Assembly: GCA_041750285.1 (NCBI GenBank)
Contig: JBGSZS010000004.1
Span: forward strand, 32,001 to 96,000
Source of the DNA: Candidatus Fermentibacteraceae bacterium
GTDB taxonomy: Bacteria; Fermentibacterota; Fermentibacteria; Fermentibacterales; JCC-6
Direction: 5' to 3'
Length of the DNA stretch: 64,000 nt
This document shows, piece by piece, positions 39,999 to 50,524 of this stretch (within the stretch, counting starts at the first letter, position 1; every line of letters starts with the position of its first letter). Made by a program: the position numbers and the translations under genes. The notes beneath the pieces are model-generated. The model made no database searches and was not told where the DNA came from. It worked only from the letters and a program-made list of their open reading frames with translations.

Positions 39999-41647
39999 GG
40001 GTTCTAACGCTTCTTCTTGTCTGTGCCGGAGCCGTCTCTGCGGCGTCCGACACATCGGTGCTGGTCGAAGTCACCGGGGACGGTGTGTTCTACGTCCCGG
40101 CTCCTCCCTCCACTGTTCTGCCGGCGCCATCGACTCCATTGGTCGGTTCCTCCCTCCTTTGGCATTACAGCCAGGCCGAAGGCCTCACCCAGAAGACATG
40201 CCCGATGGGCAACTCCGGAGAGTTCGTGTTCACCGGCGGCTGGTACGGCGGCGGCAGGATGTTCGAAGGTGTTTCAGGCGACGGCACGGTGTTCTGGCAG
40301 AGCGAGCCCGAACTCGAATCGGGCCAGTACTGGACATCGCTCGGCACCGGTACCTCGGCCGCCGACACCGCCGACAGGTACTGGCTTGCACGCACTTTCG
40401 CGGTCTGGGACGACAACGGAACACCGGGTTACACACCTGACGACATCCTCGTGTCGGACGACAACGTGGAGGTCTGCCTTTTCAGTGGAGCCTCGTCCGA
40501 TCCTTTGTGGGTCTGGGACGGGTCGGGGTCCTTCGAACCGGGAATGGTCGACCAGGCCGGCACTTACGACTGCTCGGACGACGGGTCGATCTTTGCGCTT
40601 GGTGGCTTGAAGGACGGTCACCTGGCCCTGGTCGTCTTCGGGCATGGGTCACCCGAGCCCGTGCTTCTCTACGAGAACGGCGACTACGCATACTCGCCAA
40701 GACAGCTCCGCCTCACGGCGGACGGGTCGAAGATGATCTTCAGCGTTGGCGCGACCCTTCTTCGTGTCGACGTGGCGACAGGCGCGCTCGAGGGCACTTT
40801 CAACCTGGGGGCATCCACCGACTGCTTCGGCGTCTCCGCCGACGGCTCACTTGTCGCTTTCGGCTTCACGGCAGCCAGGCTGGCGCAGTGGAACGGTTCG
40901 GCTTACGAACAGGTCTGGTCGAGGGGCGTCAGCGGGTACTACGCCGGCGCCGCAGCAGTTTCGGATGACAACGGCACCGTCTACTTCGGCTTCTACAAGA
41001 ACAACTACATGTCCAACAGGATCTACAGGTTCGACGCGGCCAGCTCGACGCCGGTCTGGACCTACGATTACCCGACCGGATCAGGAGCCCACCAGGACAT
41101 CGTGAGCTGGATGGACTGCTCCTCTGACGGAAGGTGGCTTGCAGTCTCCTCCTGGGGCTGCCAGAGCGGCGGCGGTCCTGAGGTGACGGTTCTTGACGAT
41201 GAGGAACCTTCCGCTCCCGCATTCACTATCGACACGCCCGGGTCCATGTTCCATGTGGACATCTCGGCGGATGGAAGCCTTGTCAGTGCTGCAGGCAAGC
41301 ATGTTCACGCCAATGTCTTCGGGTCGGGCACCGACGTCTGCATGGCCGAGGTGACGACAACGGGGATTTCGGAGGGAGTGCCGGTCGCCGGATCCCTTTC
41401 GGGAATCCCCAACCCGTGTTCCGCTTCCGGTTCCGTCATTTTCGGGTTCTTCCTTCCCGAACAGGGACACGTGGACCTGAGCGTATTCGACCTTGCGGGA
41501 AGGCGGGTTGCCCGTATCCTGGGCGGAGAGATGCGGGAGGGCGAACACACCGTTTCCTACTCCCCCGACCTTGCATGCGGGCTTTACCTCGTCCGTCTCG
41601 CAACACCTGGAAGGGTGGAACTCACCAAGCTCCTGGTCAACGACTGA
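39995..41647 (+). CDS. Secreted WD40-like beta-propeller protein with T9SS-type C-terminal domain
   Basis: Signal peptide; repeated S/TxDGS blades; PNP..VFDLAGRRV..GLYLVRL CTD. Confidence 0.8.
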   Translation: MRVLTLLLVCAGAVSAASDTSVLVEVTGDGVFYVPAPPSTVLPAPSTPLVGSSLLWHYSQAEGLTQKTCPMGNSGEFVFTGGWYGGGRMFEGVSGDGTVFWQSEPELESGQYWTSLGTGTSAADTADRYWLARTFAVWDDNGTPGYTPDDILVSDDNVEVCLFSGASSDPLWVWDGSGSFEPGMVDQAGTYDCSDDGSIFALGGLKDGHLALVVFGHGSPEPVLLYENGDYAYSPRQLRLTADGSKMIFSVGATLLRVDVATGALEGTFNLGASTDCFGVSADGSLVAFGFTAARLAQWNGSAYEQVWSRGVSGYYAGAAAVSDDNGTVYFGFYKNNYMSNRIYRFDAASSTPVWTYDYPTGSGAHQDIVSWMDCSSDGRWLAVSSWGCQSGGGPEVTVLDDEEPSAPAFTIDTPGSMFHVDISADGSLVSAAGKHVHANVFGSGTDVCMAEVTTTGISEGVPVAGSLSGIPNPCSASGSVIFGFFLPEQGHVDLSVFDLAGRRVARILGGEMREGEHTVSYSPDLACGLYLVRLATPGRVELTKLLVND

Positions 41648-41740
41648 CATGAACATGAACATGACTCCCGTTCCATGGCCAACTTTCATACATTCGGAAG
41701 CGAACCGCGGAGTCGACCGTTACAAACCCGGGGAGGGTTC

Positions 41741-42610
41741 ATGACCGAAGGGCCACCGATCGTTGTCGAACACCTTGTGCGAACCTTTCAGGTAAAGGCG
41801 GGGCTCGCCAGGGTCGAGGCGGTGAAGGACGTCAGCTTCAATCTCGAACCCGGTGAGATACTTGGCTTTCTGGGACACAACGGCGCCGGGAAGACGACAA
41901 CCATGAAATGCGTCCTGGGGCTTCTCCACCCCACTTCCGGCAGGGCGAGGGTATGGGGGTTGCCCCCCGGAAGCGCAGGCGCCAGGGCAAGGCTCGGGTA
42001 CGTGCCCGAAAACCCCGACTACGATCAGAGCTTCTCGAGCCTCGAACTGCTTCGGGCTTTCGCGGGAATGCGCGGCCTCGGGGGAACCGAAGCCGACTGG
42101 AGAAAACTGCTCGAACGGGTCGGACTTCGCGGCTGGGAGACCATGAGGCTCAAGAACTACTCCAAGGGAATGCGCCAGCGGCTCAGCCTTGCCCTTGCGC
42201 TGCAGTCGAAACCGGGGCTCCTCGTACTCGACGAGCCCACGGGAGGCCTCGACCCCATCGCAAGGAAGGAGTTCCGCGACATCATCCTCGAGGAGAACGC
42301 AAGGGGAGCTTCGATCTTCCTCTCATCGCACCTTCTCAGTGAGGTTGAAAGCGTCTGCAACCGGGTGATCATCCTCAACCGTGGAACGGTGGTTCGCACC
42401 GGAACCCTCGAGGAACTTCTGGGCGGAGAGGAAACCCACAGGGTCTCCTACCTCGAGGACCGGACGGCCAGAGAGGTCACAGTTCCTTCGGACGCACTGC
42501 AGAACACGATCGACATGCTGCGCGCCAAGGGGTTCCCGGTAACGGGCGTCGAGAGATCATGGAAGAGCCTCGAAGAGGTTTTCCTGTCCGCGACGGGGGC
42601 ACGGTCATGA
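41741..42610 (+). CDS. ABC-2 type transporter ATP-binding protein
   Basis: GHNGAGKT, YSKGMRQR, LDEPTGGLDP. Confidence 0.92.
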   Translation: MTEGPPIVVEHLVRTFQVKAGLARVEAVKDVSFNLEPGEILGFLGHNGAGKTTTMKCVLGLLHPTSGRARVWGLPPGSAGARARLGYVPENPDYDQSFSSLELLRAFAGMRGLGGTEADWRKLLERVGLRGWETMRLKNYSKGMRQRLSLALALQSKPGLLVLDEPTGGLDPIARKEFRDIILEENARGASIFLSSHLLSEVESVCNRVIILNRGTVVRTGTLEELLGGEETHRVSYLEDRTAREVTVPSDALQNTIDMLRAKGFPVTGVERSWKSLEEVFLSATGARS

Positions 42611-43362
42611 AGGGTGTTCTCGTTTTCAGCGTCATGACCCTCCGGATGCTCTTCCGGAAGAGGACGCCCTGGGGGATACTGATAGGCGTTCTTCTGGCAC
42701 TTTTCGCCATCGCCCAGGTTCCAAGCTTCTCCGTCGGGAACCAGGGCAGGTTCATACTGGATTTCGGCCTTTTCGGAATAGAGCTGGGCGCCCTTGTCCT
42801 TGCCCTGGGTCTTGCTGCGAACCTGTTCCCGCAGGACCGTGAACAGCGCACCGTGATGCCCCTCGTGGCGGTCCCGCTCTCCCGCTGGCAGTACCTGCTG
42901 GGACGTTTCCTGGGCGCTGCGATGGTTCAGGCATCCGCTCTTCTCGTCAGCTGCGCGGGACTTGTCGTGATCCTCCTGATCCGGGGGATTCGGGTCCCGG
43001 GAGACATACTCCCCGCCACGGTCCTGATCGTGTCCGAGGGATGGTTCCTCCTGGCAACGGTGTTCTTCTTCAGCTTCTTCACAAGCCCACCGCTGAACTG
43101 GCCCCTCACGACGATCCTGTTCGTGCTCAGCCAGATGAGCGTGCGGGACTTCGTGGGCCTCGCCCCGTCGAGCCCCGACCTCATGCGCGGCCTGAGGCTT
43201 CTTCTTCCCCACGCCGATGTGTTCCACATAAAGGACCCCCTGGCCCACGGTTTCGACGTGGCCCCGCAGTTCTTCGCTCTGGCTGTTTTCTACGGGCTCT
43301 GCTACACGGCGTTCATGCTCAGTCTGGCCCTGGCCGTCTTCCGGGGAAGGGACCTGAAGTGA
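42607..43362 (+). CDS. ABC-2 type transporter permease
   Basis: Multi-TM; PLSRWQYLLGRFLG; ends FRGRDLK. Confidence 0.88.
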   Translation: MKGVLVFSVMTLRMLFRKRTPWGILIGVLLALFAIAQVPSFSVGNQGRFILDFGLFGIELGALVLALGLAANLFPQDREQRTVMPLVAVPLSRWQYLLGRFLGAAMVQASALLVSCAGLVVILLIRGIRVPGDILPATVLIVSEGWFLLATVFFFSFFTSPPLNWPLTTILFVLSQMSVRDFVGLAPSSPDLMRGLRLLLPHADVFHIKDPLAHGFDVAPQFFALAVFYGLCYTAFMLSLALAVFRGRDLK

Positions 43363-43637
43363 GGGCCCTTCCCCTGCTTGTCCTCGTGCTTCTCTGCGGC
43401 TGCAGCCTGAACTCCGACCCCGTCGACAACGCCCCCCACGAAGTCCTTGGGGAGGAATGCGACCTTGACCACGAACACCGGCAGCACGAGGCCGGACACG
43501 CATGCAGTGAAACCCGCTGGTTCTTCACGCAGCCCTGGGCCGCCAGATGGTACTGGGACAAGCTGCTGAGGGATGGCTTCGTTCTTCTGGCACTCGCGGC
43601 GGCTGTTACGCTGCTTTCCCGCAGGAGGGGCTCATGA
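43359..43637 (+). CDS. Small His-rich lipoprotein-like membrane protein
   Basis: GTG overlapping upstream stop; lipobox LCGC; His-rich stretch; C-terminal TM. Confidence 0.6.
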   Translation: MRALPLLVLVLLCGCSLNSDPVDNAPHEVLGEECDLDHEHRQHEAGHACSETRWFFTQPWAARWYWDKLLRDGFVLLALAAAVTLLSRRRGS

Positions 43638-44329
43638 GGCACGGAGAGCGCCTCGTTCCCCTGGGTGCCGCTGCGGTCTTCCTGGCCCTTGCCTTCACGA
43701 GCGGCAATGCCGTGAGGGATGAGCACAGGGCCGACATCTCCGGGAACCTGAGAACGATCGGCTCGGGGATCGACAGACTGAGGCGCGTTGCCGCGTCAGC
43801 ACTCTACCTTCAGATGGACGACTACCACCATATAGGGATGTACCAGGGGCAATCATGGGCCACCATTACCGACTACCTGCCCCAGGCCTGGCTGGTCTCC
43901 AGGCTCGACCCGGGCTTCTCCGTGGTCTTCGTGGACGCCGCGAACCATCTGGCCGTAAATCTGGGCATGGTGGAAGAGGGGCTGGAACTGGCCAGGGAGG
44001 GTATCAGGCACAACCCCGACAGCCTCGACATTGCCTTTGAATACGCCTTCCTCCTCTTCGAGACGGGCGCGGGAAGCAGTCGTGAAACCGTTCTGGCGGT
44101 GATGCATTACCACGAGCTTCTCAGGTTGGGCAACGGCGACAGGTCCGGCCCGTTCAGGGAATCGTCGGCCTCCCGCATCGCTTCCGAGGCCCTTTCCACT
44201 ACAATGCCTGATTTCAGCGAGCTGTATGCAAGGAGGGCCGGGTTCCTGTCCATGGCCCTCCGGTCAGGGCTATACTACCCGGGATACATGAGCGAGTCAC
44301 CGGAGCATTCGAACGGAGGCGATCAATGA
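43634..44329 (+). CDS. Hypothetical membrane-anchored TPR-like protein
   Basis: ATGA overlaps at both ends; N-terminal TM; RLDP.F and LAREGIRHNP helical-repeat pattern. Confidence 0.65.
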   Translation: MRHGERLVPLGAAAVFLALAFTSGNAVRDEHRADISGNLRTIGSGIDRLRRVAASALYLQMDDYHHIGMYQGQSWATITDYLPQAWLVSRLDPGFSVVFVDAANHLAVNLGMVEEGLELAREGIRHNPDSLDIAFEYAFLLFETGAGSSRETVLAVMHYHELLRLGNGDRSGPFRESSASRIASEALSTTMPDFSELYARRAGFLSMALRSGLYYPGYMSESPEHSNGGDQ

Positions 44330-44832
44330 CTTACACGATGCCGATGGATCTCACGGCCAAGATCATCTGGTACTGCACTCCGGTGGATGTGGAAGAGGGG
44401 GATGTGATCCTCAGGCGGGGGGACACCTCGACCGACCTCTACATCATCACCAGGGGAAAATTCAGGGTCTATGACGATTCACGCAACGAGGATTTCCTGC
44501 TCGCCATGCTTGAACGGGGCAGCGTGTTCGGCGAAATGGCATTCCTTGACGGGCTTCCCCGTTCGGCCACCATAGAGGCTTGCACGGCGGGAAGCCTTCT
44601 GCGGCTGGGTGAGCAGGAATTCAACAGGATGACCATCAAGGCCCCCGAGACTTCCGTGAAGTTCCTCAGGGCTCTTTCGGGAATAGTCTGCAGAAGGCTC
44701 AGGGTGATGAACGATGCCCTGGCGGGAGTTGCCTTCAGCAGCGGTCCCATGTCGCCCGAAGAGGAACAGGAACTGCTTGACACGATCCGCGCCATGCACC
44801 ATTCCGTGAAGGTCGAACTCTCGGACGAGTGA
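44326..44832 (+). CDS. Cyclic nucleotide-binding domain protein
   Basis: LYIITRG, FGEMAFLDGLPRSATIEA. Confidence 0.88.
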   Translation: MTYTMPMDLTAKIIWYCTPVDVEEGDVILRRGDTSTDLYIITRGKFRVYDDSRNEDFLLAMLERGSVFGEMAFLDGLPRSATIEACTAGSLLRLGEQEFNRMTIKAPETSVKFLRALSGIVCRRLRVMNDALAGVAFSSGPMSPEEEQELLDTIRAMHHSVKVELSDE

Positions 44833-44838
44833 CCTTTC

Positions 44839-45153
44839 CTACGGTTCGTCCCGATGGATGGGTTCCACAACCCAGATGAAGTGATTGCATTCGGACAGCG
44901 GGATTCTCTCGAGCGTGTAGTTCCGCCATTCACTGTCCTGTATTCGGAGATCGTACCATCCCCTGGTGACCTGGAAGATCAGTGAGCTGTCGGGAAGAAG
45001 CACCGACATGCTCAGCATGTCGACCCACTTTTCCCGCCCCGCCTCGGTTATCCAGATGAAATAGAGCTCGAGGTCGGTGCCGTTCTTTATCTCAACGGTG
45101 GCCGCCGTCACCCCGAGGGACAGGACAAGGATCATCAGGACTGCTTGCTTCAT
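44839..45153 (-). CDS. Small secreted hypothetical protein (single-domain homolog of 63051-63668)
   Basis: Signal peptide; N.T..lYfI.I....W..d.L...G.YD pattern shared with the 63051 protein. Confidence 0.7.
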   Translation of the reverse strand: MKQAVLMILVLSLGVTAATVEIKNGTDLELYFIWITEAGREKWVDMLSMSVLLPDSSLIFQVTRGWYDLRIQDSEWRNYTLERIPLSECNHFIWVVEPIHRDEP

Positions 45154-45187
45154 TGTTACCTCACGGGGCTTTACCCGCTATAACCCT

Positions 45188-47290
45188 TTATGTTCCATCC
45201 ATTGACAGGCTGAGCCGGCGCCGCTCGAGGTCGACACCGATCACCTTGACCTCGACCCACTGACCCACCGTCACCACATCGGACGGGTTCCTCACGAACG
45301 ATGAGCTCATCCTGCTGATGTGCACGAGCCCGTCGGTGTGCACTCCCACGTCGACGAACGCCCCGAATCCCGTAACATTGGTGACGATGCCCGGAAGGAC
45401 CATTCCCTCTGTGATGTCGGGAAGATCGTGGACATCGGCGAAGCAGCGGGCCTCGAACTGCCGTCTGGGATCCCTTCCCGGTTTCTCCAGTTCCCGCATG
45501 ATGTCCGTCAGTGTGGGAAGACCCGCATCCCCGGTCATGTAGTCTTCAAGCCTGAGCGAAGCCCTCAGCTCACTGCGGGTCATCAGCCCCCTGACATCGG
45601 TGCCGAGGTCAGCCGCCATCCTGTTTACCAGGGCGTACCGCTCGGGATGGACGGCGCTGGCATCGAGCGGTTCCGGTCCGTCGCTTATCCGCAGGAAGCC
45701 GGCGCACTGCTGAAATGCCTTCGGACCCAGGCCTTGCACCGAGAGGAGCTGTTTCCTGGATGTGAACGGACCGTTCGCAGTACGTGCATCGACAACCGCT
45801 CTGGCAGTTTTCGGGCCAAGACCGGAGACGTAGGTCAGAAGTCTGGTGCTCGCCGTGTTCAGTTCGACCCCGACGGAATTCACGCACCGCATCACCGTGT
45901 CGTCCAGGTTCCGTTTCAGAAGAGCCGGATCCACATCGTGCTGGTACTGCCCCACCCCTATGCTTTCGGGGTCGATCTTTACCAGTTCCGCCAGGGGATC
46001 CTGAAGCCTTCTGCCAATGGAGACCGCCCCCCTTACAGTGAGGTCGAGGTCGGGAAACTCGTCACGGGCCTCCTTCGAGGCCGAGTAAACCGACGCGCCG
46101 CTCTCGCTCACCATCACCACCGTAGAACCGAGATCCAGACCCCGGATGAAGGCTTCGGTCTCGCGGCCGCCCGTTCCGTTGCCGACGGCAATGAACTCGG
46201 GACCGTAGACCTCCTGCATCCTCCTCAGCCTTGTTTCGGCCTCGGGTTTGCGGTGGAGCATGAACACGTCATGGTGAAGCAGGGCTCCCTGGGCGTCGAG
46301 GACCGCGACCTTGCACCCGGTCCGGAGGCCGGGATCGACGCCCATCACGCTCCTTCTGCCAAGCGGAGGCGACATCAGAAGGTTCTCGAGGTTCGCCGAG
46401 AACACCCTTACGGCCTCGAGGTCGGCGCGCTCCTTCGATGCCGCCCTGGCCTCGGTTTCCATCTGGGGGCCGAGAAGCCTGCGGAAGCCGTCGAGCAGGG
46501 CGTCGAGTATCTGCAGGGCTTCAGGTGTTCCCTCCGACCGGATGAACCTTTTACGGAGTATTCCCAGCGCCTTCTCCTCCGGAACCGTCACGGACAGGTT
46601 GAGGAAGAGCTCCTTCTCGCCGCGGCGCATGGCGAGGACCCTGTGGGATGGTGCCTTGGCCACCGGCTCGCTCCAGGCGAACCAGTCCCGGTACTTGCTG
46701 CCCGCGGCTTCCTTTCCCGGGATCACCCTGCACGAAAAGGCGCCCTCGCGTGAGAAGAGCCTTCTGACTGCCTCACGGGTCTCGAGGTCTTCACAGGAGA
46801 CCTGCGCGATTATGTCCCGGGCGCCCTCCAGAGCTTCCCCGGGACCGTTCACGCCCTTTTCGGGATCGACGAATTCCCGGGCGTACTCAACAGGGTCGCC
46901 CCCGCGCTGTTCGAGGATGCGTTCGGCAAGGGGCCGGAGCCCCTTCTCCTCGGCGATGGTGGCCCTGTTCCGCCGTTTGGGGCGGAACGGCAGGTAGACA
47001 TCCTCGAGACGGGTGATGGTTTCGGCCTGCTCGACCGCTTCCTTCAGTTCCGGTGTGAGAAGCTCCCTCTCGGCAAGTGATCTGAGAATGGCTTCGCGCC
47101 TCGCGGCAAGGGCCCGGTAGGCGCCTGCCTGATCCCTCACCGCGGCGACTTCGACTTCGTCCAGGCCGCCCGACACCTCCTTGCGGTACCTTGCGATGAA
47201 AGGCACCGTGGCGCCCTGGTCGAGAAGGTCGACCACTGCCCTGACTGCCTTCTCGGGCAGATGAAGCGTTTTGGCGAGACTGGCGTACAT
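45188..47290 (-). CDS. tex: Tex family transcriptional accessory protein
   Basis: [44 protein letters not shown]-terminal S1 domain. Confidence 0.95.
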   Translation of the reverse strand: MYASLAKTLHLPEKAVRAVVDLLDQGATVPFIARYRKEVSGGLDEVEVAAVRDQAGAYRALAARREAILRSLAERELLTPELKEAVEQAETITRLEDVYLPFRPKRRNRATIAEEKGLRPLAERILEQRGGDPVEYAREFVDPEKGVNGPGEALEGARDIIAQVSCEDLETREAVRRLFSREGAFSCRVIPGKEAAGSKYRDWFAWSEPVAKAPSHRVLAMRRGEKELFLNLSVTVPEEKALGILRKRFIRSEGTPEALQILDALLDGFRRLLGPQMETEARAASKERADLEAVRVFSANLENLLMSPPLGRRSVMGVDPGLRTGCKVAVLDAQGALLHHDVFMLHRKPEAETRLRRMQEVYGPEFIAVGNGTGGRETEAFIRGLDLGSTVVMVSESGASVYSASKEARDEFPDLDLTVRGAVSIGRRLQDPLAELVKIDPESIGVGQYQHDVDPALLKRNLDDTVMRCVNSVGVELNTASTRLLTYVSGLGPKTARAVVDARTANGPFTSRKQLLSVQGLGPKAFQQCAGFLRISDGPEPLDASAVHPERYALVNRMAADLGTDVRGLMTRSELRASLRLEDYMTGDAGLPTLTDIMRELEKPGRDPRRQFEARCFADVHDLPDITEGMVLPGIVTNVTGFGAFVDVGVHTDGLVHISRMSSSFVRNPSDVVTVGQWVEVKVIGVDLERRRLSLSMDGT

Positions 47291-47388
47291 GGCGGCAATA
47301 TATGATGCGCCGGGCAAAGGGGCTTGCGGGGGGTGTATATTACGGGCCGTTTGACATTTGCTGTATTCCCCCACGCTTTGGAGACCAA

Positions 47389-49473
47389 ATGAGCAGGCAG
47401 TTCCCCCTGGAAAGGCTTCGAAACATAGGCATCATGGCCCACATCGACGCAGGCAAGACAACCGTCTCCGAGCGCATCCTCTTCTACACCGGAAGGTCCA
47501 GCAGGATCGGAGAGGTTCACGACGGCGCGGCCACGATGGACTGGATGGAACAGGAGCAGGAGAGGGGAATAACGATAACCAGCGCCGCCACCACCACGGT
47601 ATGGAAGGACCACCAGATAAACCTGATCGACACACCGGGACACGTGGACTTCACCGTGGAGGTCGAGCGCAGCCTGAGGGTGCTTGACGGAGCCATCGCA
47701 CTGTTCTGCGGCGTGGGCGGAGTGGAACCCCAGAGCGAGACGGTCTGGCGGCAGGCCGACAGGTACGGCGTGCCCCGCATAGCCTTCGTAAACAAGATGG
47801 ACAGGTCGGGTGCCGACTTCTACGGGGTCCTGCGCTCGCTTCATGCAAGGCTTGGCGCCAACGCGATACCCGTGACAATTCCGATAATCGGCGAAACGGG
47901 CCTCGAAGGGGTGGTCGACCTCGTCGACAATGTGGCCGTGTTCTACGACGAGCTTTCCAGCGGCATGAAATGGCGCGAGGCGCCGATACCGGAAAACATG
48001 CGGGAGTCCGCTGAGAGGCAGCGGCTGATCCTGGTGGAGAAAGTCAGCGAAGTTGACGAAAGCCTGCTCGACAAGTACTGCGAAGGTTTACCCATAGGCC
48101 GTGAGGAGCTTTCACTAGCGATCAGGAAAGCCACCCACGCCCAGCTGGTCTGCCCTGTGCTCTGCGGAAGCGCCTACAAGAACAAGGGCATACAGCGGCT
48201 TCTGGACGCCGTGATCGCCTACCTTCCCAGCCCGCTCGACCTGCCCCCCGTGATAGGGACCGCCCCGGTTGACGGCACCGAGATCACCAGGGTGCCGAAG
48301 GATTCCGGACGTCTTGCCGCCCTGGCCTTCAAGGTGGCAACGGACAAACACACCGGAAAGCTGGTGTTCGTGCGGGTCTACAGCGGCACGCTCGAATCGG
48401 GAAGCTACGTGTACAACTCCACACGGAAGGTAAAGCAGCGTGTCGGCCGCATCCTGAGGATGCACGCCAACCGCCGTGAAGTCGTCGACTGCCTTTACTC
48501 GGGCGAGATCGGCGCTGTGATAGGTCTCTCCGAGACCGTGACGGGCGACACCCTTTCATGCTCCGACGATCCCATCGTACTCGAGGCCATTGAGTTCCCG
48601 GCGCCCGTCCTCAGTGTGGCACTTGCGACCGAAAAGAGGCAGGACCGTGACAGACTGACCGAGGCTTTGTCCAAGCTGTCCGAAGAGGACCCGACCTTCG
48701 TCGTCGAGACACAGGAGGAAACCGGGGAAACCCTTGTGAGCGGCATGGGCGAGCTTCACCTCGAGATCATCATCGACCGTCTGAAGAGGGAGTTCAGCGT
48801 CGAGACGGTAACCTCCCCACCCAGGGTGGCCTACCGGGAGACCATCACCGGCAGCACCGACTGGAACGAGAAGTTCGTGAAACAGACCGGCGGCAAGGGC
48901 CAGTACGCCCACATCATCTTCAAACTCGCCCCGCTCCCGGCGGGAAGCGGTTTCGAGTTCGAGAACAGGGTCGTTGGCGGCAACATCCCCAGAGAATACA
49001 TCCCGGCCGTCGAGAAGGGTGTGATAGACGCCATGAAAAGGGGTGTCTACGCGCGCTGCCCGGTTGTCGACGTCAAGTTCACCCTCATTGACGGAACCTT
49101 CCACACCGTCGACTCATCGGAAATGGCTTTCAGGACCTGCGCTTCCATGGCTTTCACGAAAGCCTTCCTCAAGTGCGCCCCCCAGATACTCGAGCCTGTG
49201 ATGGGGGTCACGGTCACGACCCCCGAGGATTACGCCGGCGGAGTCAGCGGGGGAATCTACGAGAAGAGGGGCATGATCACGGGCATGGACACCCGCGGCA
49301 CCTCAAAGGAGATCAGGGCGATGGTCCCGCTCAGCGAGATGTTCGGCTACGCCACCGACCTCAGGAACGCCACGCAGGGCAGGGCATCGTTCTCAATGCA
49401 GTTCGAGCATTACGAACCCGTCCCCATGAGCGTCGCAGAAGAGATCGTAAAGCGCGCGAAGCGGGGGGACTAG
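47389..49473 (+). CDS. fusA: Elongation factor G
   Basis: [44 protein letters not shown]. Confidence 0.95.
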   Translation: MSRQFPLERLRNIGIMAHIDAGKTTVSERILFYTGRSSRIGEVHDGAATMDWMEQEQERGITITSAATTTVWKDHQINLIDTPGHVDFTVEVERSLRVLDGAIALFCGVGGVEPQSETVWRQADRYGVPRIAFVNKMDRSGADFYGVLRSLHARLGANAIPVTIPIIGETGLEGVVDLVDNVAVFYDELSSGMKWREAPIPENMRESAERQRLILVEKVSEVDESLLDKYCEGLPIGREELSLAIRKATHAQLVCPVLCGSAYKNKGIQRLLDAVIAYLPSPLDLPPVIGTAPVDGTEITRVPKDSGRLAALAFKVATDKHTGKLVFVRVYSGTLESGSYVYNSTRKVKQRVGRILRMHANRREVVDCLYSGEIGAVIGLSETVTGDTLSCSDDPIVLEAIEFPAPVLSVALATEKRQDRDRLTEALSKLSEEDPTFVVETQEETGETLVSGMGELHLEIIIDRLKREFSVETVTSPPRVAYRETITGSTDWNEKFVKQTGGKGQYAHIIFKLAPLPAGSGFEFENRVVGGNIPREYIPAVEKGVIDAMKRGVYARCPVVDVKFTLIDGTFHTVDSSEMAFRTCASMAFTKAFLKCAPQILEPVMGVTVTTPEDYAGGVSGGIYEKRGMITGMDTRGTSKEIRAMVPLSEMFGYATDLRNATQGRASFSMQFEHYEPVPMSVAEEIVKRAKRGD

Positions 49474-50453
49474 CCGGTAACGGCCCAGACCGCGACGTCG
49501 AGGAACTCGCCGTTCTTTTCGTGGTAACCCTTCAAGAGGCCTTCCCTGGTCATGCCCGCCTTTTCCAGCACCCTTCCGCTCGCGGGATTGTCAGGGAAGT
49601 GCAATGCGAACACCCGATGCATCCCCATCACTTCCCTGGCAAAGGCTATCAGCCTTTTCACTGCCTCGGTACAGTAACCCCTGTTCCAGCGGGACGGCGT
49701 GATCCAGTAACCGATCTCGGCTGACCCTTTTCGGCTCGGGGAGATACCGGCGCAGCCCACGATGAGACCGGTCTCCTTCTCCACCACCGCGAAGACGCCA
49801 CCCGCTTCCCCCAGGAAGTCGTCGGACCTTCCGTTTACGAAGGAGATCGCGTCTTCCATGGTGTACGGGCTGGGAATGCCCGCAGTGCCCCTGGCTACCT
49901 GCTCGTGGTCTGCGGCCTCCCTGAGCATGGCTTCATCACCCTTCGAAAGCCCCCTTAGAATGAGCCTCGGGGTCTCCAGGACAGGCTTTTCCCGGCACGC
50001 GGGGTTCCTCTTCATCGTCATCCCTGTTATCCTCACCCGGAACACGCACGTCATCTCCAGGGACCTGTCGGACACCTCCTGAGTGGAGCCGGAGAAGCTT
50101 TTAAGAAGGATTGCCATTCCCTGCCTCTTCTCCTCCACCGTCTCAAGGAACTCCACCCCGCCTTCGCCGATCACGCTCTCGTAGTGGATGTCATCAGTGC
50201 CAACCACCGATATGATCCGGCTCATGCCGAACACCACGGAGGGGCTCCCTCGCATCATGTCGATCTTTTCCCCCTCGAGCGCGCTGTGGAAGTAAAGGCA
50301 GCCCCCGGAATAGCCGTAACACATTGGAACCAGCCTCATCCTGCCTTCGGCGCTTATCGCCAGCGTGCAGGTCCTGAACCTTCCAAGCGCCCTGATGATC
50401 TCTTCGGGATCGGTGATCTCCCTGTCCGTGCGTCTCACTCTTTCCTTCTCCAA
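49470..50453 (-). CDS. Fusion of NimA/pyridoxamine-5'-phosphate-oxidase-like domain and RimJ/RimL GNAT acetyltransferase
   Basis: [23 protein letters not shown]; then [27 protein letters not shown]. Confidence 0.82.
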   Translation of the reverse strand: MEKERVRRTDREITDPEEIIRALGRFRTCTLAISAEGRMRLVPMCYGYSGGCLYFHSALEGEKIDMMRGSPSVVFGMSRIISVVGTDDIHYESVIGEGGVEFLETVEEKRQGMAILLKSFSGSTQEVSDRSLEMTCVFRVRITGMTMKRNPACREKPVLETPRLILRGLSKGDEAMLREAADHEQVARGTAGIPSPYTMEDAISFVNGRSDDFLGEAGGVFAVVEKETGLIVGCAGISPSRKGSAEIGYWITPSRWNRGYCTEAVKRLIAFAREVMGMHRVFALHFPDNPASGRVLEKAGMTREGLLKGYHEKNGEFLDVAVWAVTG

Positions 50454-50524
50454 CCTTTTTCTGCATTATCAATACACAAAGTTCTGCGGGAGATTAATAT
50501 GCAACCAACAAGGAGTACAATCCC

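Noticed and set aside
41647..41664. Short tandem repeat ACATGA x3
   Set aside because: Too short, intergenic, and no evidence of function
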